Of a stretch of DNA of 55,276 nucleotides, positions 1-18,850 are shown one piece after another. Position 1 is the first letter of the stretch; every line of letters begins with the position of its first letter. The notes below the pieces were generated by a model. It saw nothing but the letters and a program-made list of their open reading frames with translations, was not told the DNA's origin and did no database searches. This DNA comes from Chromera velia. Its lineage: Eukaryota. The stretch lies in the NCBI GenBank assembly GCA_018398765.1, contig JAHBMJ010000167.1, positions 1 through 55,276 of the forward strand, read 5' to 3'. The position numbers were made by a program, and so were the translations under genes.

Positions 1-3000
1 GCCATCCGAGGCACCAACAGACCGGCACACTCACACCAGTCAGGAAGACTTTCTAGCACAGCATCCGAGAACACGCCTTCCCCTGCTCTCACGTCGTCGC
101 CTTCCAAAGGAAGGGGAGACACGGAGATGTCAGATCCGAAAGGTCTCGGGGGAATCAGACCCTCAGCAGCCATGGTGTGGTGTTCTATACTTGGGGACAG
201 AGCAGAGATGGCAGGCCTGGTGCTGGATGATGCCATTGGAGACACAGGCACAAAAGAAGACACCCTTCCTTTCTGCTGCTGCTGTCTGGAGGTTATCATC
301 CCAACGTTCTTCTTGTGCTTTGGCGTGGGAGACGGGCATTGCTCTTGATTTCGTGCAACCGCTTCCACCCCGCCCCTGCAGAGAGACTTCCATGCAAGGA
401 CTGCTGCGGCATTTTTGACGCAGAGCTAGCGGAGGAAAGGAGAATGGGTCCTGGCAGCGACTCCCCTCAGGAGCGCACAGAGAATTACACACAGAGAGTG
501 CCAGGCTGCCGAGGGGGAAGAGGGGGAAGAGACAGTCTGCGAGCCTGCAGCAACAGGAGAGCCTGCACGAAGCAAGAGGCCCTAGAATACTGCGCCAACA
601 CGAGACACACATCTGCGCACAGAAGGAGCGCAGCCTGCAAGGACGGCCTCGAGGGTCCCCCTGAGGAATGCGGACTGGGGACCGTCAGCTCTCTTGACTC
701 CCTTTGTAGGCTCTTCACTGCTTCCGGCTGGTACTCCTCTTGCATTTGCAGGTACTTGCAGACAGAACCCGGGAGCAAATGATAGATAATGCACCGAATG
801 GTTCGACGCTCACTCATGGATGGAAGGAATTGCGTGAAGAGAAGAAGAAACAAGGATGGTTCTATTGAGAGGTGCAGCATGCATATACGAACGTGGGCGA
901 GGGAAGAGTCAGAGCAGAGTGTAGGACTTCGAATCTGAAAGAACCTCGAAAGTAGGGTAAGCGGGGATACTGGTACTTGCACAGACACATCCGTCTGGTA
1001 GCCCAGCCCCCCCGGTTTGGATTTTTTCTAAAGCAACACAGACGAACTGACCGCTGCCTGAAGAATCTTGACCAAGTTCGCAAGGAGAAGCCTGAAGAGG
1101 TCGTCAGTCAGATCAGGTGGGAGTCGGAGAAGCGCGGCCACAGTGCTTAGAGCTTCAGCACTGGACTCTCCCAGACCCCCCCCAGCTGCTGTGTCTGTGA
1201 GTGTGATGGCCTGTTGTTGCTGCGACATCATCAGAGATTCAAGGCCCACTCCCTCAGCCTTGTCCCCCCCCTCTCCTGTTTTCTCCTTTTCCCTGCTGTT
1301 TCCTGTTGCCCCACTCGCCTCGCTAGAGGATCCTAACAGATCCCCATCGTTCGGACTCATCGTTAACGAGAACAGAGAGGGGGGGTCGGTGTCGGCCTTC
1401 TTTAACAGAAAAGGCACGCACTGACGGAGGAGGGCATCTCGGAACGAGCCCAGACCCAGACGGCGTCCCGCCATTGCTGCAAAAATTGAGACGACAGAGC
1501 AAGGGGAAAAAAGGGGGGACAGGGCAATGAATGATAAAAAAAGTCAATGAATGGATGAAGAAGGCAAGGAAGAGAGGAATGAAGGGAGAGAGGAAGGAAA
1601 AGGGCAACTCGGCAAGAAAGAAAGGAAAAACCAACCAGTGAAGAAAAAACGTCCTTTCAATTTCAACCCAAAGTCTTGCTTCTGAGCCCAAAACCCAGAA
1701 CCAGAACCCACACCCCACATAAACACAAGCACCCACCCCACTGACCGAGAAGCCCCTCATCATCCCATAGTTCCCTCGTCATCTGAACAGCACTCCTCCG
1801 AGAGACCAACAACAGACCATGACCTCGAAGCGACCTCCGGACAGAACCGCGGCTCGTCAGTGAATTTCTGCCTGACACCATGCCGGCCTTTACACTCCCT
1901 CTGTGAGCCTGCGTGCTTTTGCTTTGGACACTTCCTGTCAGGAGCTCCTCCGTCGCTGTAGCCAGAAGATACACTGCCCTCAGGGCTGCCTCCCTCACCG
2001 CTGGCTCCTTCTCTGTCTCAAACGCGGCGAGTAGAGGTTGGGCAATTCGGTCTTGCAGCCTCTGGGATGCGGCCAGAATGATGCTGAGCCACTTCTCGGA
2101 CAACACACCCGAAGGGGCATCTCCTTTCTCTCCCCCCACCTTTCCATTCACCTCCCTCGCTGCCAGTGGTGGGAGACACCCACCCGATATAGAGGGGCCA
2201 GCAGAGAGGCCGGTATGAAGCACTTTGAGTATGCTAGTCAAGTCTTTCTTTTCCTTTTCAGCTGCATCTGCTGGCTCTTCTACTTGTGCAGACGCATCTG
2301 TTCCTTCTGCTGCACCCCCAGTGGCAGAACTCCCTGCCTCCCTGCTCATCCCCCCCTTCCCCTGTGACTCCCTGTCAACAATGGAGAGTACCTCAACCCG
2401 CTGCGTTCCACCCTCTGCTTCCGACTGCTGCTGCAGGACCTTCTTCGGTATTACCAGAGACTGAGAACCAAAATAAGCACAGTACCCTGCAGGGACGAAG
2501 AATCACAGAGAGACCTTATAGAAACAGAGACTAAGGAGAAGCGGAAGCGCATAAAAAAACAGACGTTTTCAGTCGATGGCTCTATGATGAAACGATCCTG
2601 CATCACTCGATCTGCTTTAAGGCTGACTCAAAATACACAAACAACAAAACAAAGTAGCATATGAGAAGTTTGTATGCAATTTGAGACTACACAGCCTCCT
2701 TGAATTCCATGCAAAATGCAATCAAACTAAATTCATCCATCGAGCAACGCTTACTGCTCACTCAAACCCTTGTTCACTAACTCAGGCACTCACTCCCACA
2801 TTTTTTTCCTTTTCGACTTTTCAATTTCCTTACAGCACCCCCACACCTGCCCTTTTTCACCGTGTGTTGCTCTCTTTTTTTGTCGTTTATCTATTCACTC
2901 TTCTGTCTCCCCCTCTCATTATACTTACAAAGAAAGTGACTAGCCGACTCACCCAGAGCCGACACAAAAGAGTACTGGAGCCCCTCCGACTCCAGCTCCG

Positions 3001-3804
3001 ACACAGACTCACCGATCACAACAGAGATGAACATGTTCATCTTCCTGCTCGACTGCTCGCCTTGCAGCGGTTCCTTTACGCTCCGCAAAACCGTCTCAAA
3101 ATGAGCAGCAGACGCAAATCTAACCCCCCCAGCACACGCCACCTGAGCACTCGCATTCACCAAGAACTCTTCCGACACGAACAGCGAGGAAAGAACCGGT
3201 GAGGCCTTAAGGGGATTCTTCAATGCTCTCAGACAGACCCCCAGGGATGACAACACTGTGGCCTTGAACGACTCAGGCGGGAGGTCTGGGAAGGGACTCT
3301 TCGAGGGTTCCAAATGGAATTTTCCTGCAATGCGAATCAGCCCTACCACAGAGAACAAAAGGGGAGAGTAAGAGTTTTATTCAGTCTTGTTCCTTTCTTA
3401 CGTCAGTACGGAAAGAAACAGTGACAATTCACATGTTGAATGAACAGAAAGATCACACAGAGAAAAGTACGACAGAGACCAGAGAGAGAATATGCACCAG
3501 AGACCGAGTGAAAGACCCCAAGGGACTCACTCAGAACGTCCTGTAATTTCTCAATCACCCGGTAACAGAAGCTATCATCGTCGCACGCCACAAGAAACCG
3601 AAAGAGCTCATTCCAAACCCGACAGGCCAGAGTCCGACGATGCGACCTGGTGCTCCCAGAGGCAAACTCGTAGAGGTCAACCTGCCCCTCGTCCTCCTAC
3701 TCATCTCCAGACCCTTCACTCTCTTCACAGCATCGCCCCCAGACCCGCTGTCTACCCGTCCCCTCCCTGACCGAGGACCCTCCTGAGAATTCATTCAATG
3801 TTTA

Positions 3805-3843
<39 letters not shown>

Positions 3844-3856
3844 ACACATATACACA

Positions 3857-3890
<34 letters not shown>

Positions 3891-5830
3891 AAGACACACA
3901 TCTGTATGTACATATGTGTATAGAGAGAGAGAGACAAAACAAGTAGCACGGTCAGCAGAGCCAGTACGTGCCTTTCCAAGGAAAGCTTGGAGGTTTGGCA
4001 AGAGATTTTTTTTATTGCGGAATGGGCTGCAAGGGAGATGTGCAGTCGGCAGATTCATGGTTTCAAAAGTAGACAGACAAAATCAGCATGCGGACCAACC
4101 GAGTCGAAAATTCCCTTAAATGCTGGTTGACTTCTGTTCTCTTCTTCCTCTGCACACCCCGCCTTCAGTGCCTCTTGCTGTTCCTCCTGCCTCCTGCCCC
4201 TCTTCCCCCCCTTTTGTTGCCTTGGCATCATCCAGGCCGCTTTCACTTCTGTTGAAGGATGAATCAGCGGTACGAGGACACAGAGCGCCTCCGTGATTGC
4301 TGCCAGATCCTGTAAAAAGGGGACAGAAGAAGAGAAAGAGGTCGGAAAGCGGTCCTCATAAAAAAAGAAACAGAGTTCGAAAGAAGCAAAGAGACCCGAT
4401 GACCTCCTATCATAAGATTGGTCCGTCCTGTGTCCCAAAAAACAGCAATGCAAGGACCATCAGACTTTAGTTGAGAAAGGAGTATACAGAAACACACAAG
4501 GAAAAAGGATCACTCCCCATCGTATCCCTTTCTTTTACCCACCTTGCCTCCCCCAACTGCCCACGGATCGTGTGCATACACCACAAGTCTGGCAAGAACA
4601 TCAGACGAGGACGGGACACGACGACTGTCTGCCTCCACCCCCCCTCCCGTGATATGTCCACTCGCTGCCGCAGCTGTAGCTGCCATGGAGGGCAGAGCAA
4701 GAGCCTTCGTCGCGCTCCCACCCGCTTTCTGCTCACTCGTCTTCGTCTGCCCCTCCTCCTCTGGGCAGAAAAGACTCAGTGCCGCTCTCACACGCATGGC
4801 ACCGTATCTGCCCACCAGGTGACGAATCATCACAACCAGAGACTCTATATAGAGACGGGGCGGCGCTTGACATCTCTGGCTGGAGGAGGGCCCGGAGGAC
4901 AGGACGCCAGAGAGTCTCTGGAGAGGTCATGGCCAGTTCTCTCGTGAGGAAGAAGGCAGCTGCCTCACGAACCTACAAACAGTCAGGACGAGGGAAGGAG
5001 GGAGATCAGCTCAGTCAGCACATCTGACAAACAACCTACACATGTTCACACTTCACCTAGCTGATTCAATTGAGCGGCCGCTCAGGTACCTCTCTTTTGA
5101 GGAGATCCGTGCTCAATACAGAAGAGACTCAAGGTTTGTCTGAAATGGCACTCCAGCAAGAAACTATAAATGAAGATGGGAGCTCTGTGAAAGTGCGAAA
5201 GCGGCAGTAAAAGTGCACTTAGGGCTGCCTCATCGATCCACATAAGAAAAAACACGACGCGCTCTGCAAACTGACAAAGACCAAAGCGGACAGAACAAAA
5301 ATCCGTCCGAACGTATGTACCTGCCGAGACGAAGGCCCAGTCGGAGCAGCGCGTCTGAAAGGATACCCCGCCCCTCCGTATGCCCTCGCAGCCTCTCGTT
5401 CCTCCCTTTCCCTCTGTCTCTGTTTCTGGGTGCATGGGAGGGTTTGCAGAATGTGGGTGACTACACGCTCTGCAGGACTAAAAAGAGGCCAGAGCAAATC
5501 ATCTGAGGCACCACTGGCATCACTGCCACTTTCCTTTCCGGACCCTTGCTTCGCTTTCGATCCATCAGCACTAGAGTCTTCCGAGGGCGCAGCGACGGGT
5601 TGTGGAGGTGAAAGTGCTTTGAGTCCCCCCACCCCACTCATAGTACTACCTCCCGATAGGAGCAACGCCGCGGCACCAAGGAACGTCGTCGGCGCCTCAT
5701 CTCCCTTCTCAGCCTTCAACAAACGGGCGGCCGAGAGAGGTGGGAGAAGTTCCAGTACTGCAAGAGCCGTCGCAAGATCCAGACCCCTCTCCCTCTCCCA
5801 CTGCACAAGCAACCCTGCAGCCTCGCTAAA
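1..5830 (-). CDS. Long multi-exon gene of unknown function, 3' end beyond the left edge. Upstream exons possibly near 6700-6800 and 7310-7325.
   Basis: Coding-like minus-strand blocks at about 5321-5827, 4545-4972, 4120-4310, 3500-3790, 2950-3345, 1745-2460, 1050-1476 and 1-780. They are separated by pyrimidine-rich or microsatellite introns with GT donors (e.g. CAG|gtacat near 5321). The last block stays open to position 1. Reading frames between 4730 and 5190 could not be reconciled, so the model is incomplete. No recognised domain. Confidence 0.55.
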
Positions 5831-6024
5831 AATTTGGAAGCGGAACGGAGCCATCCTCATGCCTCCCAACTCTGCATTCATCCATCGAGCGCGCGCACAC
5901 ACACACAGCAACAAGAACAGATGAAAGAGACCGAAAACCGCATACCGAAAAAAGATTGCAACAACTCTTCATGGACATTTTGTCTCATCCATGCATCTTA
6001 CGGCTCATTTGACGTGTGTGTGGT

Positions 6025-6039
<15 letters not shown>

Positions 6040-6099
<60 letters not shown>

Positions 6100-6144
6100 C
6101 AATCAGTAACTCAGTCACTCACGCACGCACTTAAAGACCCTTAC

Positions 6145-6187
<43 letters not shown>

Positions 6188-6375
6188 CAATCAGTAACTC
6201 AGTCACTCATGCACGCACGCAGCACATACACAATTCATGGAGAGAGAGGGAGAGAGAGAGAGAGAGGGAAAGAGACAAAGAGAGAGGGAAAGAGAAAGAA
6301 AGGGAGAGAAAAAAAGAGAGGGAAAGAAAGAGAGAGGCAGGGGGAGAGAGAGAGGGAGAGGGAGAGGGAGAGGGA

Positions 6376-6435
<60 letters not shown>

Positions 6436-6617
6436 CAATCAGTAACTCAGTCACTCATGCACGCACGCAGCACATACACAATTCATGGAGAGAGAGGGAG
6501 AGAGAGAGAGAGAGGGAAAGAGACAAAGAGAGAGGGAAAGAGAAAGAAAGGGAGAGAAAAAAAGAGAGGGAAAGAAAGAGAGAGGCAGGGGGAGAGAGAG
6601 AGGGAGAGGGAGAGGGA

Positions 6618-6669
<52 letters not shown>

Positions 6670-6675
6670 GAGAGC
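6040..6675. repeat. (GA)n microsatellite tract with a near-identical ~230-bp tandem duplication
   Basis: Anchor 'ctcaatcagtaactcagtcactca' at about 6098, 6186 and 6434. Segments 6186-6430 and 6434-6670 are nearly identical. Confidence 0.85.
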
Positions 6676-8039
6676 TAGTGGACGGAGAGAGAAGACGCAA
6701 ACATGCAGACCGACCCCCAGCCTCTGTGGCCTGCTTGGTCAGTTGGGAGCACTTTTTGTTCAATCCATCCAATTTTTCTGGCAATTATCTGCATACAGAT
6801 CTGAAAAGGGCAGGCAGACAGGTTCGTATTTCAAATAAAAAAACTTCACGTACAATTCACGGAGTTGAACAAGTTTTATCTGCTGGGTTTTACCGACTCA
6901 CCCAAAAAGAACGCAAACGAAGGAAGCGCGCAAAGGAGCGCACCCAAGATTGCTGTTCTCATCATCAATTTTAGTCACCCCAAGGGGCTCCTCGAGGCCT
7001 CAAAAATGTAAAACAGGATCTATGAATATGAGTACTGCTATATGAGAAGTACAAAGCTCCTTGTTGGAGGGAAAAGTCAGTTGTTAATTGAAACAACAGG
7101 TAGATCGTTTGATGCAACACGTCCGTATATGCGCATCTCTAACTGCTCTGACAGACAGAAGGGCATCTCAACTCATCAGTTTGCTCCGTTTGTCTCTTCC
7201 AAGCGTCTTACAAACTTCAATTTGATTGTGAAAGGATATTTTTAGCCAAAGACAACTGACTCGATTGGTCAGAGCTCTTAGCTGTTTCCCGAATCAATTG
7301 ATACGTATACCAGATTCACTCATGCATACTTTGCCCACTTTCATACTGCCTTCCGGGGCCGCCTGTGCATGCATGCATTTGTCTGCCGTCTCTTTTCTGG
7401 CTGGAGAGATCGTGCAAAGTCGAGGCAGGGGCAGATCTTGGGTCAGAGCTCAAGTGACCAAATGGGGGTCTCCAAAGTTGCTGATTATACCTTTGAGGTC
7501 GGGGGGGTCCATAGAACAGCCTTTTCTATCAAATTTTTATTGGAGTGATAAGAACTCAAAGATTTGCCTATCCATCTCCCTGCATACCCCTCTGTCCATG
7601 TGTGTCGCTTTCCTCTTTTTGCAGGGCACCCACCAGACCGTCCACCCGGGAGGCTAGCGACTCTTCTCTCTCTCTAGGTTAGATTGAGGAATCCTGAGCT
7701 GTGACTGAGGCAGTGCACGCTTCTTATAGGCTGCAATGCATGAGTGAGCTCTCACTTTTGGACAGGCTCTTTGCATGGATTTATCCAGCTAGAGTTTTTT
7801 CAAACTTTGTATATTTAGGTGGAGGACCCGAAACCCCGGTGGGCAAAGTATGGTGAAATATACGGTACAAGTGCGCGTTCGTGCACGAAGTTTATAGTGA
7901 GTTTGGTAACAATGCCAACCTTTGGACACTAGGCTAGCTCCTTTGCACCGCGGGCCTCCTCCCCGCCTCACCCAAGCCCCCCCGCTCTGCCACCCAAGGC
8001 CTAGGGGCTGGCATTCTGGGGCAAATTCGGGGTTACATG

Positions 8040-8271
8040 GACCTCCCTGAACCTAATTAACTACCACTTAAAAGTTTAAACCGCATTTTTAGATAAGCTT
8101 GAAAGTCTGCACCTGCGATTATTTATGGTGTTTTGAAAGCTAAAGCCGCATATCTGGATGGTGTCTTAACCGTCTACACCGTAGGCATGGACAGTTTCTT
8201 GAAAAACGATGCTGCAAATAGAGATCATCTTGATTATATTTTTTCAAGTGACACTTAGGTTCAGGGAGGTT
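8040..8271. mobile_element. MITE (family 1), 232 bp
   Basis: Perfect 16-bp inverted repeat ACCTCCCTGAACCTAA (8041-8056) / TTAGGTTCAGGGAGGT (8255-8270). Decayed 8-bp TSD gttacatg/gttatata. A second copy lies in the opposite orientation at 42227-42700. Confidence 0.85.
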
Positions 8272-8617
8272 GTTATATACATGTAGTTACATGCTAAAAA
8301 TGGCTAAAAAAATGGTATAAAACAAATACCAGGGTGATTATACAAAAGCCCATCCAGCTAGCTGGAGGTTTGTTTAGTTTAGATTAGTTATAAGTTAAGT
8401 TAAGTTACAGATTATTTCTTATAGTTGCACAAAAATCTCCTATTATCCACTGTTTTTATAGTTTTTTGTGTACAACATAAGAAGTTATTGTATAAGTAGG
8501 TAAAAGAGATATCGAAACCTACCCTCACGTACCAGTATAAAAAATAGAGCGAAAATCGATCCAATTGACCATGTAAGCCTACCAGAATTCATAATCCCTC
8601 CATATGCCGGACGGATC

Positions 8618-9304
8618 TTGACAAGTGTGAAGAAGTCGGCTTTTGCGAGAACCACCTGGAGGTCAAACAGTGGAGTTTCACAAGAATTTCCCCTTTGTTG
8701 TCTCTGCTTTTCTTTTCTATCCTGCGGTCCGTTCAACATGATATTTTGCATATCGCAGACGAGGGTGAAGCGAAAAAAGAGCTGGGACTTTTTTTTGTTT
8801 GGGCAATGAATGAGAAGAAGCTCTTTCAGATGGAGGAATTGAATTCGTTTCTGTTTGATTCAGATGTGTGGCAAAAAACAGGGCTGCCCTCCACTCAGTG
8901 GGTCCAAGGGATTCCAAAAAACAATAGAAAGATTAAATTGGGGGCTGCAGATGTTAGACACGTTTTCCCTCACGTGGTTGTCAATGAGTTCATGGAAAAA
9001 AGGTGCCCAAACATTTTTGTTGCGTTTTGTTGCAGAAAACCCTCCTGCTTGTTCTTTTTACTTACATTCGTGGATCCTTTCCACATTGACACGTTTAATC
9101 ATGAATGAGAAACTTACAGAGCTGAAGACGGTGATAAAGACTTGGCAAGACCTTTTTTGCAAGTCTTATGGGTGGGCGGTCCCGAAGACTCACTTCTACT
9201 CGCACTTCTCGGTGTGGATCCGCCGGTTTGGGGGGTTGAACACAGCGAAATGCTACGGCTTTGAATCGTATCATAAGAAAGTTTGCAAACGTTTTGTCCT
9301 ATAG
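8618..9304 (+). pseudogene. Frameshifted C-terminal part of a CACTA/EnSpm (CMC)-like DDE transposase
   Basis: Three overlapping frames join into SGVSQEFP-LLSLLFFSILRSVQHDILHIADEG ... PKTHFYSHFSVWIRRFGGLNTAKCYGFESYHK. This matches the D-x-[LM]-H-x4-G and PKxH-x3-H-x4-I-x2-FG-x8-FE motifs of CMC transposases. Frameshifts near 8695 and 9030. Confidence 0.75.
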
Positions 9305-9554
9305 GGGGGACCTTATTCATATGATCGTTTTATTGTGGAAGATCTGGTTTTTGCGTGGTTGTGCAAGAGAAAGAAAGCCATACAAGCATATTTTGCCAAC
9401 ATGTCACGCCAGGAAGGACTTCGAGCATGAATAACACTATAAAATTATATAAAACTTATGGATTTACGAAGTTCTGTGCAGCCGTAACAGTATTCTATTA
9501 CAGCGTTCTTTCTTTTTACATATATTTTACTTTCTAGGAGACTTCGGAAGTTAT

Positions 9555-9870
9555 AAAATTGGTAGTCCAAAAAAAAAAAAAGGGTGTTGATTTTCTCAAA
9601 AATTGGTAGTTAGTCCTAGAAAAAAATTGGCAACTCCTAATTTTTAGGTGATTCTAAGTGTTCATAGAATTTGTTCCTAGTAATGAATTAGAGTCTAATG
9701 ACTGCAGCTAGAGACTAGTGAGCCCTTGTCTAGCCTGTACACAAAATTTTAGCTTCAAACTCTATGTACTTCTTTCACTAGACTAGGTACCAATTTTTCA
9801 AAATTGGGAGTTACTGGCGGTAAAAAATTGGTAGTACTACCAATTCGACACCCAATTTAACTCCCAATTC
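9555..9870. repeat. Cluster of AATTGG(T/G)AGT motifs in both orientations, subterminal-repeat-like
   Basis: Forward copies at 9557, 9601, 9802 and 9826. Reverse copies at about 9788, 9836 and 9859. Perfect palindrome aattggtagtactaccaatt at 9826-9845. Confidence 0.6.
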
Positions 9871-11489
9871 ATTAGAGTAATTATGATAATGATGTTAATT
9901 ATTGATATAACAATAATACAAATATAATGATAATGCTAGTAACAATGCTTAACAATGCCTAACAAAAAAATGGTGATGGTATGTGGTGATAATATCTAAG
10001 CTCAGATTCTAGGATGATGTTACTAGCGATGTTATGATGAGTCATTGATGACCGAAATCAAGGATATTCAGGGATTATGCACATTATAAAAGCGGGTTTT
10101 TGGCTGGACATATAGTGTCAGATAGTGTACATTATGGTTTAGACCATCTAAGTTAGCGCATAGATTTCAAAAAGATCAATGAGTTATAATGAGTTACCAA
10201 CCTACATTAACCTACATGTATTTTTTTAATTTTCATTCATTCAAGAAAAAGCTTTGAAGACTTAGTTCCAATAATTATAAATTACGTGTGATTTATTCAT
10301 GTAAGTTAATTTTAGAGTTAATTTTATCATAACTACTATAACATTGAATAATCCGATTTCTTGTTGCCTAGCTTAATGCTTGAGTAAAAAGCAAAGTTTT
10401 CGGACGCCTAGATGGTCTAGTCTCTCCGACAAAAGATACGACAAAATTTTGTAAAAGAGTCTGTGAGGCAATTATCAGCAATTCAATCATAATTCAATCT
10501 GATTCAATGATGTAGAGAGATGCAATTAAGTGGAGCACAAACGTGCATGCTGTTGAGTGGGATCCGGATGAGCACATGGCGGCATATGGCAGGGGCGATG
10601 CATGATGCATCCACGGGTACACGGCGGCAGCGGCGGCGGCGGGAAGCACAGCCGTATTATGGCTTGACTCTTATAGACAGGCGAAAGGAAGAACGAAAAG
10701 ATGCACCCTTTCCCTTCGTTATCTGCTTCCGCAGCCTTTTTTGTCTAGATATTCTCCGCCGCTTTTTCCTCTCAGCAGCGGAAGAGCTTCTTTCTCCAGA
10801 CGAAGTTCAATAGACTGAACGCTCTGTGCCTTTGCCCGGGGGCCCAGGGTTTGCCGACGTGGTCGTTAGTATTGTTGAGGATCATGTTCATCGAGAAGGG
10901 CTCCTGGATGTCGAATTTCTGCAAGTCCATTCATGATCAGATGAAGATTGATGCATGGAATTCGTTTTCTTTCACTTGAGAAGGAGCCTACCGTAAAGTT
11001 CCCCTAGAAAGATAATCACGCGTCACCACCGTGCGATTTCAAAGGACATCAGGGCAAATACATCCCCGGATACCGATATATCCGAGCACCACAGACCGCT
11101 TTTCTTTGTGTCAGACAAACAGACGATCCACTTCAAGCTTGAAAGAGGCAGAAAAGATGAAATATACCGAAAACATGAAAATGCTCATTCGTCAAGGGCT
11201 CTCACAGACGAAGCAGATCATACTGAGTCATGCACTTTTCAACTTTCGATCGATTTTTTTCAGGGCTTCAGCCCTTTATGGCTAATCAAATAGACACAAA
11301 CATCAACCACGCGACAGACACACCATCCTACCGAGTTCTGGGAAAACCCTGGCAATGAAGAGTCTGTCATCAAGACAATCGCAAAAGGTCCCGCCCTCTC
11401 CCTTGCTGTGGCCCTGCCCGAAGCACCGTAAACTCCAAGTCTGCATAGCTCTGCTCGTCGACATGACGTGACACCGGAAGGCCTACAGA

Positions 11490-11532
11490 GAAAGACAGAC
11501 AGAAAGACAGATTATATGTTTCTTCTTCTTAC

Positions 11533-11563
<31 letters not shown>

Positions 11564-12236
11564 CGCAGACAGACAGACAGACAGACAGATAGACTATATG
11601 TTTCTTCTTCTCCCTTCTTTTCTTCATGAACACAACAGACAAAAAGAAAGAAAGAACAAAGATAAAAGCACAGTACCAACAATCAAACAGCGTGGTCACG
11701 GGGCCCGAAAGGTGAGAGTTAAGCGCCCCTTGCCTCTCCACCTCCCGACAGACTTTCACGTGATCACTGGTTTCACACGCTACTCCTCTGCTGCTTCCAC
11801 TCAAAACAAGAAAGAGAAAAAAAAAAAGATAAGACAGACAGACAGACGGACAGACAGTTGGACAGAACATGCACGCACACGCATAAAAAGAAAGAAAGAG
11901 ACAGCCAGACACACAGACGGACAGACAGACAGACAGATAGACAGACAGACAGACGGACACACCACGCAAACACACACATGCACACACAGACACAGACACA
12001 CACACGCATACACAGACATACACACATACACACACACACACACATACACACACATACACACATACACACAATGACAGACAGACTATACGTTTCTTCTTCT
12101 CCCTTCTTTTCTTCATGAACACAACAGATAAAAAGAAAGAAAAAATAAAGACAAAAGAACAGCACCAACAATTAAACAGCATGGACAGGGCGGACACACA
12201 GACAGACAGATAGACAGACGGACAGATAGACAGACA

Positions 12237-12273
<37 letters not shown>

Positions 12274-12377
12274 AACAGGACTCACCTATGCAGAGACGCT
12301 GAGAGGCAGGACGATCTCCTTTCCACCTCGCCAGAGGAAGTGCCAGGAGACGGCGTTGCAGTTGCAGACATACACAC

Positions 12378-12419
<42 letters not shown>

Positions 12420-12719
12420 CAGCCAGAAAGACACAGACAGACAGACAGACAGACAGACAGACTATATGTTTCTTCTTCTCCCTTTTTTTCTTCATGAACA
12501 CAAAAGATAAAAAGAAAGAAAGAACAAAGACAAAAGAACAGCACCAACAATCAAACAGCGTGGGCAGGGGGCCCGAAAGGTGAGAGTTAAGCGCCTCTTG
12601 CCTCTCTTTCTCCCAACAGACTTTCACGTGATCACTGGTTTCATACGCTACTCCTCTGCTGCTTCCACTCAAAGCGGACAGACAGACGGACAGACAGACG
12701 GACAGACAGAGAGACAGAC

Positions 12720-12752
<33 letters not shown>

Positions 12753-13026
12753 CACACACACACACATACATACACACACAGACAGACAGAAACGGGAGGG
12801 TCTCCCCCCTCACCTGTGCAGAGTCGCTCAGAGGCAGGACGATCTCCTTTCCACATCGCCAGAGGAAGTCCAGGAGACGGCATTGCAGTTGCAGACACAC
12901 ACACACATACACACACACACACATACATACAAACACGGAGACACAGACACAGACAGACAGACAGACTATATGTTTCTTCTTCTCCCCTTTTTTTTTTATA
13001 GACACCAAACAGACAGACAGACAGAC

Positions 13027-13063
<37 letters not shown>

Positions 13064-13070
13064 GGGAGAA
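11490..13070. repeat. Local segmental duplications embedded in (GACA)n/(CA)n tracts
   Basis: A ~120-bp block at 11680-11805 recurs at 12547-12673. A ~88-bp block at 12280-12367 recurs at 12808-12895. The 'tatatgtttcttcttctcc...catgaacacaacaga' block occurs 3-5 times. Confidence 0.85.
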
Positions 13071-14170
13071 GCAAGAGGCAAAGGGAAATGAATCATCTCT
13101 GCGGCATCAATGAATCAGGCGACAAATCATCACAGACGAACATGACAACTCGACAGAGGAAGTTGTTCTGCACACGCACTCTCATCAAGCATGCAAGAAG
13201 TTCACAGGCCAGAGCCGACCCAAAAATGCTTTCCCTTCCCAAATGTAGCACCTCGCATCTGTCACCATTCGATAGCACTTCTACATGTACGTGTATCTAT
13301 ATCTTTATCTATATACCCTCCATATCCTATGCATCATGCATTCCCTGCATGTGCCATGGCTCTAGTTGGAGCAGAAACGTCGCGGAGCACACCGACATCG
13401 AGAATGCATCCGCCTTTAATTTCTGCTAACGCAAAGACCTGCTATCTGCACTTCCTGAAGACCGACCTTTGCTCTCCTGCGACAGTGGGCAGAACCGCAA
13501 CTCTCTCGATCGGCCGTTGTTGAACCAAGTTGGCATCGGCGAACAAACTTCTCCGCTCGTTCGCTTGGAGAAGAGACCTGGCCACGCACCATCTGTTCGT
13601 GAGGGGCTTAGTCTGTTGGTAATACACTTGAGAACAAACAGTTATAGAAGCAGGGAGCTGAATCAAGGGAGGGGATCCAGAATAATAACACTTATAGTTC
13701 ACAGTATACGCGAGTATACACGTGGGCTCATGCAAGAAACAAGCCGCGGATCGCGCGCGGAATTCATGTATCCCGGCCCGTCCATGCGCGCTCCCAGTTT
13801 ATCCATCGCGACGATTTAAAATTAGCATTCCGGTCGAAACGGCGCTGGTTCATATATGCAGATTGTCATCAATAAATCTTTTATCCCTTATCTCTTGAAT
13901 AGAACCAAGTACAACATCATGACTCGGATACGAATATCAATTTTCTATTAATTTCTAATACCCTAGCTATGGTAGCTTTATAATTTAGTATCGCAACATT
14001 TTTAAAAAAGTTTAAATGCATGTACGCCCCCGCTATTATTAATTACTAATTCAATTCCGCAACTTTTTAATATACAATATATTCTCTACTTTGCTGATAT
14101 TGGAAGAAAAGATTCTCAAAGATCCGTGCACTCTAGTATGCACTATCAGTTACTATAACGAAGCAAACAG

Positions 14171-18850
<4,680 letters not shown>

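Noticed and set aside
6203..6974. ORFs of RE/SL repeats, and likewise the VC/HT, FLS/KKER and IHPS ORFs at 11529-13113, 15906-17223, 29365-30289, 34434-35431, 38171-39069 and 43523-44209
   Set aside because: These are translations of intronic microsatellites, not proteins.
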